A stretch of 64,000 bases of DNA. It comes from a virus. Position numbers and translations under genes: made by a program. This document shows, piece after piece, positions 29,304 to 39,800 of the stretch. Every line of letters starts with the position of its first letter. Positions within the stretch are counted from its first letter, which is position 1. The notes beneath the pieces are model-generated. The model saw nothing but the letters and a program-made list of their open reading frames with translations. It made no database searches and had not been told where the DNA came from. The stretch lies in the IMG/VR virus record IMGVR_UViG_3300036979_001044, positions 32,811 to 96,810 of that record. One strand, 5' to 3'.

Positions 29304-29918
29304 CTAGACCCGCGCCGTGGGCTGGATGATGGCGTGCAGCACCTTGGCCCCGTTGTACGTCCCAGCGCTCGCGTCGATGCCGCTGATGGAGGTACCGATG
29401 GCCACCGTCGGGGTGGCGATGCGCGTGCCTCCCAGATAGACGTGGCGCACAGCGTCCACGTCGGGCACGTCGTAGGGCACGCCGATGACGTTGCCCACGC
29501 CGACCACCAGCATGTCCACGTCGACCTCAGCGCCGCTTGCCCCACTGACCACCACCGAGTCGATCAGGGCGAAGATCTTGGTGCCGGTCAGCGTCTTGCC
29601 CGCGCCCTCGCCGTCGGGGGCCATGGTCTCGACGATCGTCCGGCCCATCATGTCCTTGCCCGTGATGGTCAGCAGACCCACCACGCTATCGTCGGCGTCG
29701 GTCAGGGTGGCGGTGATGTTGCGCGGGCAGTCGGGCTGCGCCGCAATGGTCTTGGTGCCGTTGTTGAACAGGATCGTGGTAACGATCCGATCGGCGTCGG
29801 CAAGGACCGGCTGGCCCATGAACAACGAGACCGAGCCGGCCAGGCTCTTGTGGATGAACTCTTCTTCCTCCTCGGAGGGGATGCGGGCTTTGACCGCATC
29901 GCTGATCGTGTTCTCCAT
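29304..29918 (-). CDS. Putative capsid decoration / minor capsid protein
   Basis: Directly after the capsid gene; start MENTIS. PDCPRNIT...ITGKD..G..I.ET...GTKIF pattern. The acidic leader ends in IHK|SL. Confidence 0.6.
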   Translation of the reverse strand: MENTISDAVKARIPSEEEEEFIHKSLAGSVSLFMGQPVLADADRIVTTILFNNGTKTIAAQPDCPRNITATLTDADDSVVGLLTITGKDMMGRTIVETMAPDGEGAGKTLTGTKIFALIDSVVVSGASGAEVDVDMLVVGVGNVIGVPYDVPDVDAVRHVYLGGTRIATPTVAIGTSISGIDASAGTYNGAKVLHAIIQPTARV

Positions 29919-30028
29919 GGCTTGCTCTCTTTCTGGAATCTGGAAAAGGCGCCGGAGAACGCGGAGGGTAGCCGGCACTACTCCGGCGTCTCTTCCAGAA
30001 ATGCTGTTTGTTCAGTCAACTCAACCGC

Positions 30029-31456
30029 TTAGGCGGCTCCCACGTACCCCGTCGCCCGGCCGATGTTCCTGTAGAGAACATTCTTGCCAGGTGTGTAAAG
30101 TACGGGAGTTCCGTACAGTAGCTGCATCCAGCGGATGCTGGAGTCGACGGTCGCGAGCGGGATCTTGATCATCGGGGCTAACTGCTTGAAACTCATCGAC
30201 TCCAGGTTGAGCTGCCAGAGGAAGGCGCTCGTGCACCCGGGCAGGTTCTCGTTGAAGTCGTTGATGATGGTCTCGCCCGCGCCGGCGGCGTTGGGCACCC
30301 GGAGGATGAGTCGCTCGGTGCCGGCCGCGCCGTTCTTCGCCGTCCGATAGATCTCGTACCACCCGGTCGAAGCCGAGGAAGGGGTCAGACCGAAAGTGAC
30401 CTTGTCACCCGCCTGCACGGTCACCGCGGCGGAGAGGGTCAGCGGAGCCGAGCGGCCGAAGCGATTCACCGCGACGACCTTGTAGCGGTAGTCGCCGGCA
30501 TCGTCGGAGGAGAACTTGCCCAGCGCCTCGGTCGGGGCAGTGGCGCCAATGGTGTTGCTCGGGATGCCCGGGCGCTTGGTCTGGTCGCCCAAGGCTGCGG
30601 CGTTGGGGCCACCACCGTCGGTGATGAACACGTCGGGTTCGAACAGCACATCACCGGCTGGGCTGGTGAAACCCTTGACATCGAGGCCGATGAAGCCGCC
30701 CTGTTTCTGGAAAGTGTCGTGGCGTTCCTTGGGGAAGAACGTCTTGACCAAGTCGGCCTTGGTCTTGGGATTGAGGTAGAGGTGAGTTGGTGTTCCGTAG
30801 TTCGGCGCGTCCTGGACCGTGAGCGCGCCGTCGGTGAGCAGATCCTCGCTCAGCGGCAGACCGCGGAGGTCGATGATGTTGGTCGCCGGGCACAGATCCT
30901 TCATCAGCTTCTCCATGCCGTCGAACTGGAGGGCGGACAGGGAGCTGTCCCCGTAGAACAGCGCCCGCTCCATGATCCGGAGCAGGTGCATGGTGCCGTT
31001 GACCGTTTCCTGGGCCACAACATTCCCATGGGCCGGTTTCACTAAGCTCATGACATGACTGACTTTTCTCGTCGTCCCGAGGTACTTCACGATGTGGTAC
31101 TTCCGGGTGTAGATCGCGTCGTCCTCTTCGGGGAGATCTCCTTCGGAAATGAAGCCAGCGTCGGGGTTCGCCCCGTACTGGCTCATTTCATTGTGTTCTT
31201 CAACCGTGTTGTAGGCCGGGAGCTTGGGAATGGCCTTCCAGAACCGGATGTGTTCCATCCGGTAGGTGGTGTTTTTCAGTGTTCTTTCAAGGCTTTCCAC
31301 GCGGAGCGCAAAGCCGTCTCCGGCCGTTCCGCCCGGGCCCGTGATGGCCTGGCCAGCCACCAGCGCCTTGTTCAGCGCGTCGACATCTTGCTGCGTTGCG
31401 GAACCGAATCCCTCGATGCCCTCGTAGTCTTTCCAGCTCACCATATTGGCTTCCAT
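30029..31456 (-). CDS. Major capsid protein (SPO1/A511/K-like, HK97 fold)
   Basis: LNKAL.AG...ALRVESLE, YNTVEE, KYLGTTRKV, ERALFYGDS, QFDG, IIDLRG, QLAPMIKIPLA, LLYG. Confidence 0.93.
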   Translation of the reverse strand: MEANMVSWKDYEGIEGFGSATQQDVDALNKALVAGQAITGPGGTAGDGFALRVESLERTLKNTTYRMEHIRFWKAIPKLPAYNTVEEHNEMSQYGANPDAGFISEGDLPEEDDAIYTRKYHIVKYLGTTRKVSHVMSLVKPAHGNVVAQETVNGTMHLLRIMERALFYGDSSLSALQFDGMEKLMKDLCPATNIIDLRGLPLSEDLLTDGALTVQDAPNYGTPTHLYLNPKTKADLVKTFFPKERHDTFQKQGGFIGLDVKGFTSPAGDVLFEPDVFITDGGGPNAAALGDQTKRPGIPSNTIGATAPTEALGKFSSDDAGDYRYKVVAVNRFGRSAPLTLSAAVTVQAGDKVTFGLTPSSASTGWYEIYRTAKNGAAGTERLILRVPNAAGAGETIINDFNENLPGCTSAFLWQLNLESMSFKQLAPMIKIPLATVDSSIRWMQLLYGTPVLYTPGKNVLYRNIGRATGYVGAA

Positions 31457-31515
31457 TACCAAATCCTCCTGCCCCCTCGGGGGCCAAAGTGTCTATCGTT
31501 CGCCGGCCCGACTAC

Positions 31516-32361
31516 TCAGCGGGCAGCCAATTTCCGATTCTGGACTCTCTGCTGAACCTGATCGAGCAGTCCCTGACTGATCAGGTTGAACTGCTCGTAC
31601 TTCGACGACGCCGTGACCAGGTCGACTCCATCTTCGGTGGCCCCGTTGAGGGACTTGGCCATGCTCTCCTGGACCATCAGCTCCAGCTCGTCGAGCACCG
31701 CGCTCTTGGAGAGCCCGGTCGAAGGTGTTGCGCCGGAAAAGGACTTCTCCAGCGGCTGAGCCCCGGTGACACCCTTGCTCTTGGGCCCGCGGGCCGGCTG
31801 GGTCTCGATGATCCCCACTCGCTCGCCCAGGCCCTTGGTCAGCTGGCCGATGCCCGAGACCGCCCGGGCCAGCACCAGGTTGAACTCGTGCTGCCGGCCA
31901 TCGGACTTCTCCAGCGCCTCGGCGAGGGTGGTCAGCGATTTGACCAGCTCGTTGTGCTGCTCCTGGAGGAAGTCGGACACGTCGAGAGCCTTCTGGAGGG
32001 TGTCGTTCTCGCGTAGCCCCTTGGTGATCTCGGAGCTGAGCGATGCCTTGGGCGTCTCGCTCTTGCCGAGCAGTTCGAACAGCTCCTCTCGCTCGCTCTT
32101 GCTCAGCTCGGCACTCTGGGCCTGCTCCAGGAGTACTTGCTTTCTGGAAGGGCCGTCGTTCTCGGTCAGCGCCTGGAGCTGCTCGATCGACTTCGCCAGA
32201 TCGTCTTCCGAAAGGTCTTCGGCCTTCTTGGTGCCGCAACCCTTCTTCGCGCCGCCGCACTTGTCCATTTCGGTGTCTCCCGCTCCGTCCTCGCCCGCGC
32301 CATCTTCGCCCGAGCCCGCCTCGTCCTGCCCTTCCTCGTCCAATTTCGTGTTCGTTGCCAT
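31516..32361 (-). CDS. Putative capsid scaffolding protein
   Basis: Acidic coiled-coil protein between protease and capsid; DVSDFL motif; about 10 (L/I/M)xK(S/A/G) sites. Confidence 0.75.
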   Translation of the reverse strand: MATNTKLDEEGQDEAGSGEDGAGEDGAGDTEMDKCGGAKKGCGTKKAEDLSEDDLAKSIEQLQALTENDGPSRKQVLLEQAQSAELSKSEREELFELLGKSETPKASLSSEITKGLRENDTLQKALDVSDFLQEQHNELVKSLTTLAEALEKSDGRQHEFNLVLARAVSGIGQLTKGLGERVGIIETQPARGPKSKGVTGAQPLEKSFSGATPSTGLSKSAVLDELELMVQESMAKSLNGATEDGVDLVTASSKYEQFNLISQGLLDQVQQRVQNRKLAAR

Positions 32362-32372
32362 GCCTCTCTCCT

Positions 32373-33200
32373 TCACTCGACCCGTCCCTTTCCGGTCCGG
32401 GTCAGAGTGATGATGCGCCCGAGTTGTTCCGGGGTGGCGTGCGGCAGCCGGGCGCGCAACCACACAAACGCCTCACCTTCTGTCATGGATTTCTTCATGC
32501 GCTTCTTGCGCTTCTTCTTCTCGTCTTCGTCCTCGATGGTATTGGCCTCATCGTGCTCCAAGCTCTGCGGGGCAATCACCCGGCCGGCGCCCATGCCGCT
32601 CTGCGGTCCGGTGATAGGCGCCCCGGGAGTCGCCGTACCCATGCCCAGCATCTTTTCCAGATCCTCGTCGAGCCCAGCCGCTTGCAGGCTCTTGGCCAGG
32701 ATCTCCATCCGCGCCCCGGAATTGACTGGGCAGTTGGTGATAGCCACGTTGCGGACGAGTGCTCGGGCAATGGTTTTCTGGAGCGGGCCGGTGCGCTTCT
32801 CGATCCGTCCCTCAACCGAGAACCCCAACCGCCGTTTGGTCTGGGCGAGCGCGCGTCCCAACTCCCAGACCTTGTCGGCCCCGGGGGTGTTGAGCAGGTA
32901 TCCCTCCACCCAATGCCCAGCCGCCGTGGATACTTCTCCGTTGGGCAGCTGTTCGTTCTTTCGGAAAAACTTGGCCTTCTCGGGGTAACCGAGAATGTCG
33001 GTGGTGTTCTTGGAATGGTTATCGTTGAACCAACCGTTTTGCACGAAATCCGAGAAATCTACCCCGCGGGCGAGAATGACTTCTCCCTGGCGGTCCTTGG
33101 TCTCCAGGGTCGCGATACCGCCGATGCGCCGCTCCTTGCCGGGCTCCGCGTCGGCTTTTTCAAAAAATGACACCGGGACATCGAAATCGAATGCCTGCAT
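32373..33200 (-). CDS. Prohead maturation protease
   Basis: IGGIAT...DRQGE, FNDNH (His), VEGYL, LGFSVEG (Ser), VAIT.CPVN. GAGG RBS before MQAFDF. Confidence 0.9.
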   Translation of the reverse strand: MQAFDFDVPVSFFEKADAEPGKERRIGGIATLETKDRQGEVILARGVDFSDFVQNGWFNDNHSKNTTDILGYPEKAKFFRKNEQLPNGEVSTAAGHWVEGYLLNTPGADKVWELGRALAQTKRRLGFSVEGRIEKRTGPLQKTIARALVRNVAITNCPVNSGARMEILAKSLQAAGLDEDLEKMLGMGTATPGAPITGPQSGMGAGRVIAPQSLEHDEANTIEDEDEKKKRKKRMKKSMTEGEAFVWLRARLPHATPEQLGRIITLTRTGKGRVE

Positions 33201-33210
33201 GGTTTCCTCA

Positions 33211-33256
33211 ACAAAAAAATAGGGCGGATCGCTTACAGCCAAAGCGTCCGCCCCTA
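33211..33256 (-). terminator. Intrinsic terminator-like hairpin directly upstream of the protease RBS
   Basis: Minus strand GGGCGGACGCTT-loop-AAGCGATCCGCCC followed by TATTTTTTTGTT. Confidence 0.7.
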
Positions 33257-33305
33257 CCGGCAACAACCGTATTGGGCCTATCGCCGCACATCTCCAATTG
33301 ATTTC

Positions 33306-33333
33306 AACGTATCCGATTCCAGAATTCTGTCAA
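33306..33333 (-). promoter_or_regulatory. Putative sigma70-like promoter with TTCTGGAA in the spacer
   Basis: Minus strand TTGACA-N16-TACGTT, spacer GAATTCTGGAATCGGA. Confidence 0.5.
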
Positions 33334-33536
33334 TCTCTTTTCCGGGGAAGGATGAATTGCTCACGGCTGATCGGGGTGCCTTCCAGAATCTGGATGGGCA
33401 ATTCGACGATGGAGGAACACCAGTAGCACTTCGCCCGGCAGCACTCGCCGTCGAAGTCGATCGGGCCCTGGGTGCGCAGCCGCACTCGGCTTCCAGATTT
33501 CTGGAGTAAATGGTTATCGCAATGCGGGCATCTCAT
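33330..33536 (-). CDS. Small zinc-ribbon protein
   Basis: CPHC...CYWC, 68 aa, ATGA-coupled to the upstream gene. Confidence 0.7.
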   Translation of the reverse strand: MRCPHCDNHLLQKSGSRVRLRTQGPIDFDGECCRAKCYWCSSIVELPIQILEGTPISREQFILPRKRD

Positions 33537-33877
33537 ATTGGGCCTAGCGCTTGCTTGTAGTATGCCTGCGCCGCGGCGTCGGTGTCGAATTCTATCGGAG
33601 CCCCTGGGCAGAAAGGAGACAACTCGGCCGCCGCTTCACGATCGAGGCGATTCAGGATAAAGCGACCCTTGGGGGTGTTGATCTCCAGGTGCCCATTCTG
33701 CCAGTCGTCGACAATCTGATCGTCGGGCTCCTCGATGGGCAATGTGAGATCCACCCCGCCGTCGGTCCGGAGTAACAACCCCCCGGGCATTCGTTGAACG
33801 CGGCCGAAACGACCGATGGGAGAATTGTGATCAGATACGCAGTGGGTTTCGTAAACCAGATCGGTGAACATGATCAC
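33533..33877 (-). CDS. Hypothetical protein
   Basis: 114 aa, coupled to the stop of the 2685-aa gene. Confidence 0.6.
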   Translation of the reverse strand: MIMFTDLVYETHCVSDHNSPIGRFGRVQRMPGGLLLRTDGGVDLTLPIEEPDDQIVDDWQNGHLEINTPKGRFILNRLDREAAAELSPFCPGAPIEFDTDAAAQAYYKQALGPI

Positions 33878-36800
33878 TCCACCGGCGCAATTTCCAGCGC
33901 CTTGGCAAAATCAGCCGCTGTACCAAAAGCAGAGACCCCCTTATGGACTTTGCCAACGATGAAATCCTCCAAGGACTTTCCATTGATCTCGGTCTTTCCG
34001 GCCTTCTTCAGAGCGGCAATCATCTGCTTGCGCTCATCGGAATCATCGACCACCACCGCGACAATGTCTTTCAGGCCCACGCCGCCTTCAAATAGGATCT
34101 CGTTGAGACCGTTCAGATCAGTTTCGTATCGCTTCTTTCCGTAGGTCACCGAAGATCCATGCGCCTGATGCGAGTTGGTGTTTCCGTAACCGTCGGCGTT
34201 GTACCGCCACCAGTCGACGCGTTTGAACAACCGCGGGCTAAAGATGATCTGGCAAGCGTAGGACTCGCTCACCACGGAATTTACGCCAGCCACTCGGCAG
34301 AAGACCCCCTTCGACCCGCCGCTCTGTATGTCCGGTCCGGGAGACTGCCCTGAGTGCCAGACTCCGTGCACCAAACAGTTCTTCCGACTCGCCCAACCCG
34401 AGCCTTGGATCAGCTGAAGGAAAGTTCCGCTGAGGCTCGCGCCGACATAGGGGAAAGACCATTTCTGGAACTTTTCGGCGTCGTCGGCAATCACCGAAAT
34501 ATGGTTGTCGAAGGTCTTTACCACCCGCAACCCTTCCACCTTCCCCTTGGCCCCCAGTTTGGATAGTTGCCCATCCAGCCATGCCTCATCGTGCATCGTC
34601 ATCGGAGAAAAACTGTCCTCGTTCCATCCTTTGGCCCCCATCAATCCACGCACCAGCATCGACTTCTTGAAGATGCGATCGCTATCCTCGTTTATCGGGG
34701 CGAGCATCTTGTCTGGGTCCTTGCCCATTTTCTGGAATGCTTCCCGCAACTCGCTCAACGGGTTCTCGGTTGCCGGGATGCGAACCCGGAAGGTGTTCTT
34801 GAAGGTGTCCTGGCTCGAACTGGGCGGAACAACCAGAATGGAGCTACCCGATTCAGTCTTTCCGCAAAATCCTCCAGGCGTCGGCGCACTGGAGATCTTG
34901 GGGGTGTACTCGGTGTGCGTACCGGTCTCCGGATCAAAAGTAGCAACATCCGTGGAACCACCGTCGGGTTCCGTGCCCTTGCTTCCCAAGATCGATCCGA
35001 ATTGCGCCGTGCCGGTGCTCAACTCGGATTTCCCCGAATTGAAGTTCACCAGGTCTCCGGTGAACTCGTAGTAGAGTTTCCCCTGCTTGTCTTTGACTCG
35101 ACGGAAGCGGATGCAGAAGTCGCGCAGTTCCCCGGGAGCACCCACTCGCATGACATGCCCGTAGAGCGAAGGTTTGATGGAAGCCACGTCCGCCAGATCC
35201 GCCGACCCGTCCCCGACTTCGGACCAATACTCCCCGGTATCGACAGAAGGCAGTCCGCTCTGGACGAACTCTTCCGGCTGCTCGGGAACGTCCACCGCGT
35301 AGGTCTCTTCGACGCTGAAGACCTTTTCCAGAGACTTCTTGAAGATCGAATGCACCACCGATCCGCTTCCCAGTTTGGGCTCCGGGTGCGGGCTCTCCAG
35401 ACCGTACTTCGCGATGATCGCTTTCATCTGCGCCATGGATTCTGGACTGGTGCCGACTACCTTGAGGAAAGCGAGATTCACCGGGTCGGTCGCGTGCTCC
35501 TTGATCTTGTAAAACCCTGGTTCAGAAGAAATCAGATCGGAAACCGTGTGCTTGAAGGTCTTTTTCTGGAACGTGGTCCCGTCCGGATACTCCTTCCCGT
35601 CGGGGCCAGTGATCATCTTGCCGATGCCCACTTTGAACTTCTGCTCCAGCGCCTTCTGGAGCCCAGCGACATCGAGTTTGACCGCCTCCCCCCAGGGCGT
35701 CTCAATCGTCTCCATCTGGAAGGGCGTAGCCTCGTGGAGAATCTTCAGATAGTAGGCGAACTGTTTCTGGTGGGTCTTGTGCGAGAGCACCAACTCCTCG
35801 CCCGCGGTCCGGGCGATAACTCCCACCGGGATCTGGTAGCTGGCGAAGTCCTTCTGCAAGTAGGCGAGCGTCTGGAGCTGGCCCTTGTCGACTACTGGCG
35901 GGTGCGTCGTCCCCCAGGCCTTGATCGCCACAGCCTTCTGCTTGGCCGCTTCGAACTTCGCGGCGGCCTCCTTCTCGGCGGCCAATTGAGCCTTGGTCTT
36001 CTTCTTGGGCTTGGCCTTGGCCTCGGGCATGGTCTGCCAGTTGGGATCGCTGGGGGCGTGCTTGACGCTGGAAGCCTCCAGCGCGGTGGTCTCCACCTCG
36101 ACCTGGGTGAACTGAAGCACCTGGCCGTCGATGGCTACGAAAGCGCCCTGGGCGTTGACCTTGGGTATCCCGCCTTTGTTCTTGATGTGATGCTCGACGT
36201 TCAGCTCCTTGAGCGCGTTGTAGAGCTTGGTGCTGGCGCCTTCCACCCCGTCCAGGCACACGTACATGGCCGTGCCCTTGGCCTTCTTGAATTTGAGCGT
36301 GCCCTCCTGGAGTAGCGGATGATTCTTGAGCGCGTCCACGAGATACATGGAGGTCTTGACCTTGGTGACCTTCTCCGCCGGAGTCATCTGGGCGACCGGC
36401 TTACCCGCCAGGGGACTCTGCGTTCCAGAAAGATTGTAGAAGTTCGATCCCACCGGGAAAGAGAGTTTGTTCAGTCCGAGCTGCTCCTTTACCTCCGTAA
36501 CCGATGTGCCGACATCCGTCGCACTCAGAGCGTAGGCCAGTGCATCGTCTGCATTCTCGTCTGATCCCCCTACATGAAAAACGCCGTCTTCCCCTACCAC
36601 AGCGAATTGAATCAGGACGTTTGGGTCATCCGTATTCTTGACGTAACCGTACTGGCCATTGAGCAGATAGAATTTCTTCCCCTGCCATTCTCCGGAGATC
36701 ACCACTCCAGGAGGCGGCACCCAAGCCGGCCACCCAGAAGGCTTCTCGATGGTCGAGTGATTCGCTCCGCCCGTAGGCTTCGATCCGGCAACGACGCCCT

Positions 36801-39800
36801 CTTTGATTTTTTCCAGAGTCTTTTGCACCGCCTCCGGGAACTTGCTGTAGTCGGTGTGCACGTTTTCTGGAAAACCCGGAACCCCTATCGGCTGCTGCCA
36901 GCTCAAGATGGTTTCTATCACGAGGTCGCCGAGCGCGTTTGCATCGGGCAGCTCATATATCTGCCCTCCCCCGCTAACGGCTTTCCAAGCATTTGCCGCA
37001 TGTTTGGTATAGGTATAGGTGTTGTTAGTCTTGGACTTGGTCTCGATTACCGTCCCCACCGGGAGCGCGCTAAATTTAGCATCGTCTTCCAGATATGGGG
37101 TGTAATCAGAAATGGTCACGGTCTGCTTTGCAAGGAAAGCGCCCTCCGCAAGTTTTTCAAACTCCTCCCAAGCAGCTGGGTTTTTTGACGCCGGCGGTGC
37201 CACTTCCAGCACCTTCTCGTAGAACAGCTCAGTCGCAAGTAGACTGGCAGGGTAGGAATTCGTCCCTTGCGATCCTTCTACTAGCCATTCCCCATCGGGC
37301 TTCTTGGTGTACTTGTAGAAACTCGTTCCAGCCTGGGCCTGGATAACCGTACCCACCGGGTAATCGTTCAGCGTGATCGTAGTGATACCCTTTGGGACCT
37401 CCGGTTTTTCTGGAACTTTACCGGAACCTGCTTTCCAGGCATCCAGGGTCTCTTCCTGGATATCCGAAAAAACCTTGCCATTGCTGCCCGAGGATAGGGT
37501 CACCCCGTCCGCTGTCAGCACCCAATTGTCCGATGAATCCTTGAGGTAAGTGTAGAAATGCCCGTACTTTCCCTTGGTCTGGATGAAGGTACCCACCGGC
37601 AACTTCGCAAATTCTTCTTCCGTAGTGGGCAAACCCTTCGGAGATTTTTTTGCAAAAATCGGAGCCCCGCCAGGCTTCGTCCAGCTTATGATGACTTCAT
37701 CTTTCAGCTCGGTTGCTACCACATCGCTAGTGAGTGATCCCACATTGGTGCCGTCTGAATATTTCTTCCAGTAATTGTCACTCTCCTTGACGTATTTATA
37801 CTCGATCGATCCGTTCTTGGACTGAGACTGAATGATCGTGTTCTTCGGTAGAAATGTAAAGTCTCCAGTTTTCTCCAACGCGGCAAGCTCGGCTTGAAAG
37901 TCTCCCGTGACTGGCAGTTCTGTGATCGGTGCCAGATTCAGCTTGCTCGGAGCCTTCAGCATCTTGATTATCGTATCTGGATAGGAGAGTACGGATTGCA
38001 TATAAGCAAGCTCATGCAACTCTTTCTTCTCATCCTCCCAAGTCACGTCCCAATCTCCCTTGGCAGTTTTAACCGCAGTGACTATCGGAGAATCCATCTT
38101 CTTTTCTATAGAATACTGGATCAATGTTCCTGCCGGTAGCTTGCCGAGTGCCTCGGGATCGTTCTTGATCGCCGCCTTTATCTTAGACGCGGCCTCAATC
38201 GGGTGGAACTTGAACCACTCCCAGTTCTCCGCGCTCGGCTCCCCCTCTTTTTCTGGAACTTTATCGACACCTTCTTTCCAAGCAAAACCCGGTAGCGCGT
38301 CGAATATCGACTCTTTTTCTGGAACTTCGATCTTGGTGATCTCATTGAACGGCTGTTTCCAAGAATTGGCTACCGTCAGATCCTTGTAGGTATTTCCCGA
38401 TTCCAAATTGCTCCAACCCGCCTCTGTCTTGACATACACATAAGTAGGATGGGAAGTCACATTCACATGAACCTTGGTGCCAAGCGGGTAAGCCTTTATC
38501 TGCTCCAGACTCGGCGGGGGAATTGGCCCCCCGGAAGTAGTCGCGGGTTTCTTGGGCGCCTGATAGTCGAACACGGGTAGAAGTACCTTGGGTTCCGACC
38601 CTATGATCACATGGTCAAGCAACTCGATTGAAGGGTGCGTACCGTAGGGGCCGGCTTCAGTGTTGGGCGCAACTGTGAAGGTCCACTGCCCGCCCTTGGT
38701 CTTCTCGGCCTGGTGCGATCCTTTCTCCCACGGACTTTTCCAGGAGATCGTCGTTCCTTCCGGAAGAGCATCAATCACAGCACCAGTCACGTCCTTGAGC
38801 GGATGCCAGTCGTACTCGTCCTTGGGCCCCAAAGCCCCGGCTAGTGCATCCACTGCGGAAGTAATCTGCACCATTTCTTCTGGAACCGGCGCGCCCGGTC
38901 CTTCCCACGACTCGATCTTCTCGTCCTGCATCATGTTGTAGGCTTCGGCAGTAGTTATTTCCGCCGTGTCTGCCGATGCGAATTTATTGATCAGCGTCAC
39001 CTTCCATTTGCCCCCAAAGAGCTTCTCGTAGACGGTCTTGTTGTCGTTACCGTCGTCGGTCTGAATCTTGGTTCCGTATGCAGCAGCTTCCAGAAATTCC
39101 AGAGTAGCCCCGCCTATCGTCGGAGCTAGGGATTCAGCTCCAGCGGGAGTAGCGGCTCCTGGTTCAGGAACTGAAGGAACAGGAAGAACAGGAGCAGGAA
39201 CAGCGCCAGCTCCAGTACCCAGTTCAGCTGCTGAAGCCGCCGGAGCTTCTTTTGGGCTGATTCCCCAAAACTTCCATCCACCACCAGAAGGGACTTTGTT
39301 GGTTTTGTTTTTGGCTTTGTAGTCCGCAGCATCGGAATATCCTTTCTGGACAATCCAGACATGATCCGACGCGGCGCTCAGTGTCTGGAAGGTCTGCGCG
39401 GTCTGCCCGGGGATTTCAACCAGCAACTGCCCATTCTGGAGAACGCTGAGAGTGACCTCCTGCTTCTTCTCGTAGCCAGGAACCTTCTTCTTCACCTTGA
39501 TGACCGTGCCCTTGGCGAGCGGGCCCTCGGTGAACTTGGGCGCATTTTCTGGAACCACCGCGGTCGGCGGCAGGATGGCCTCTGGCGGCGGACCTGCCGG
39601 GAACTTGGCCAGCGTCTCCTTGTCCTTCTCGGCGAGGGCCGCAGTAGCTTTGTAGCTACCCAGCTTATCCGCCAGGCTCTCGCCCGCCCATAGCTCGAAC
39701 TTGTGCGCGAGCACGTCGATCTGAAGTTTGCCCAGCACCCCGTTCTTCACCGTCCCGTCGAGCCCTTCCCACCAGCCCCACATTTCTGGTTTTCCCACCT

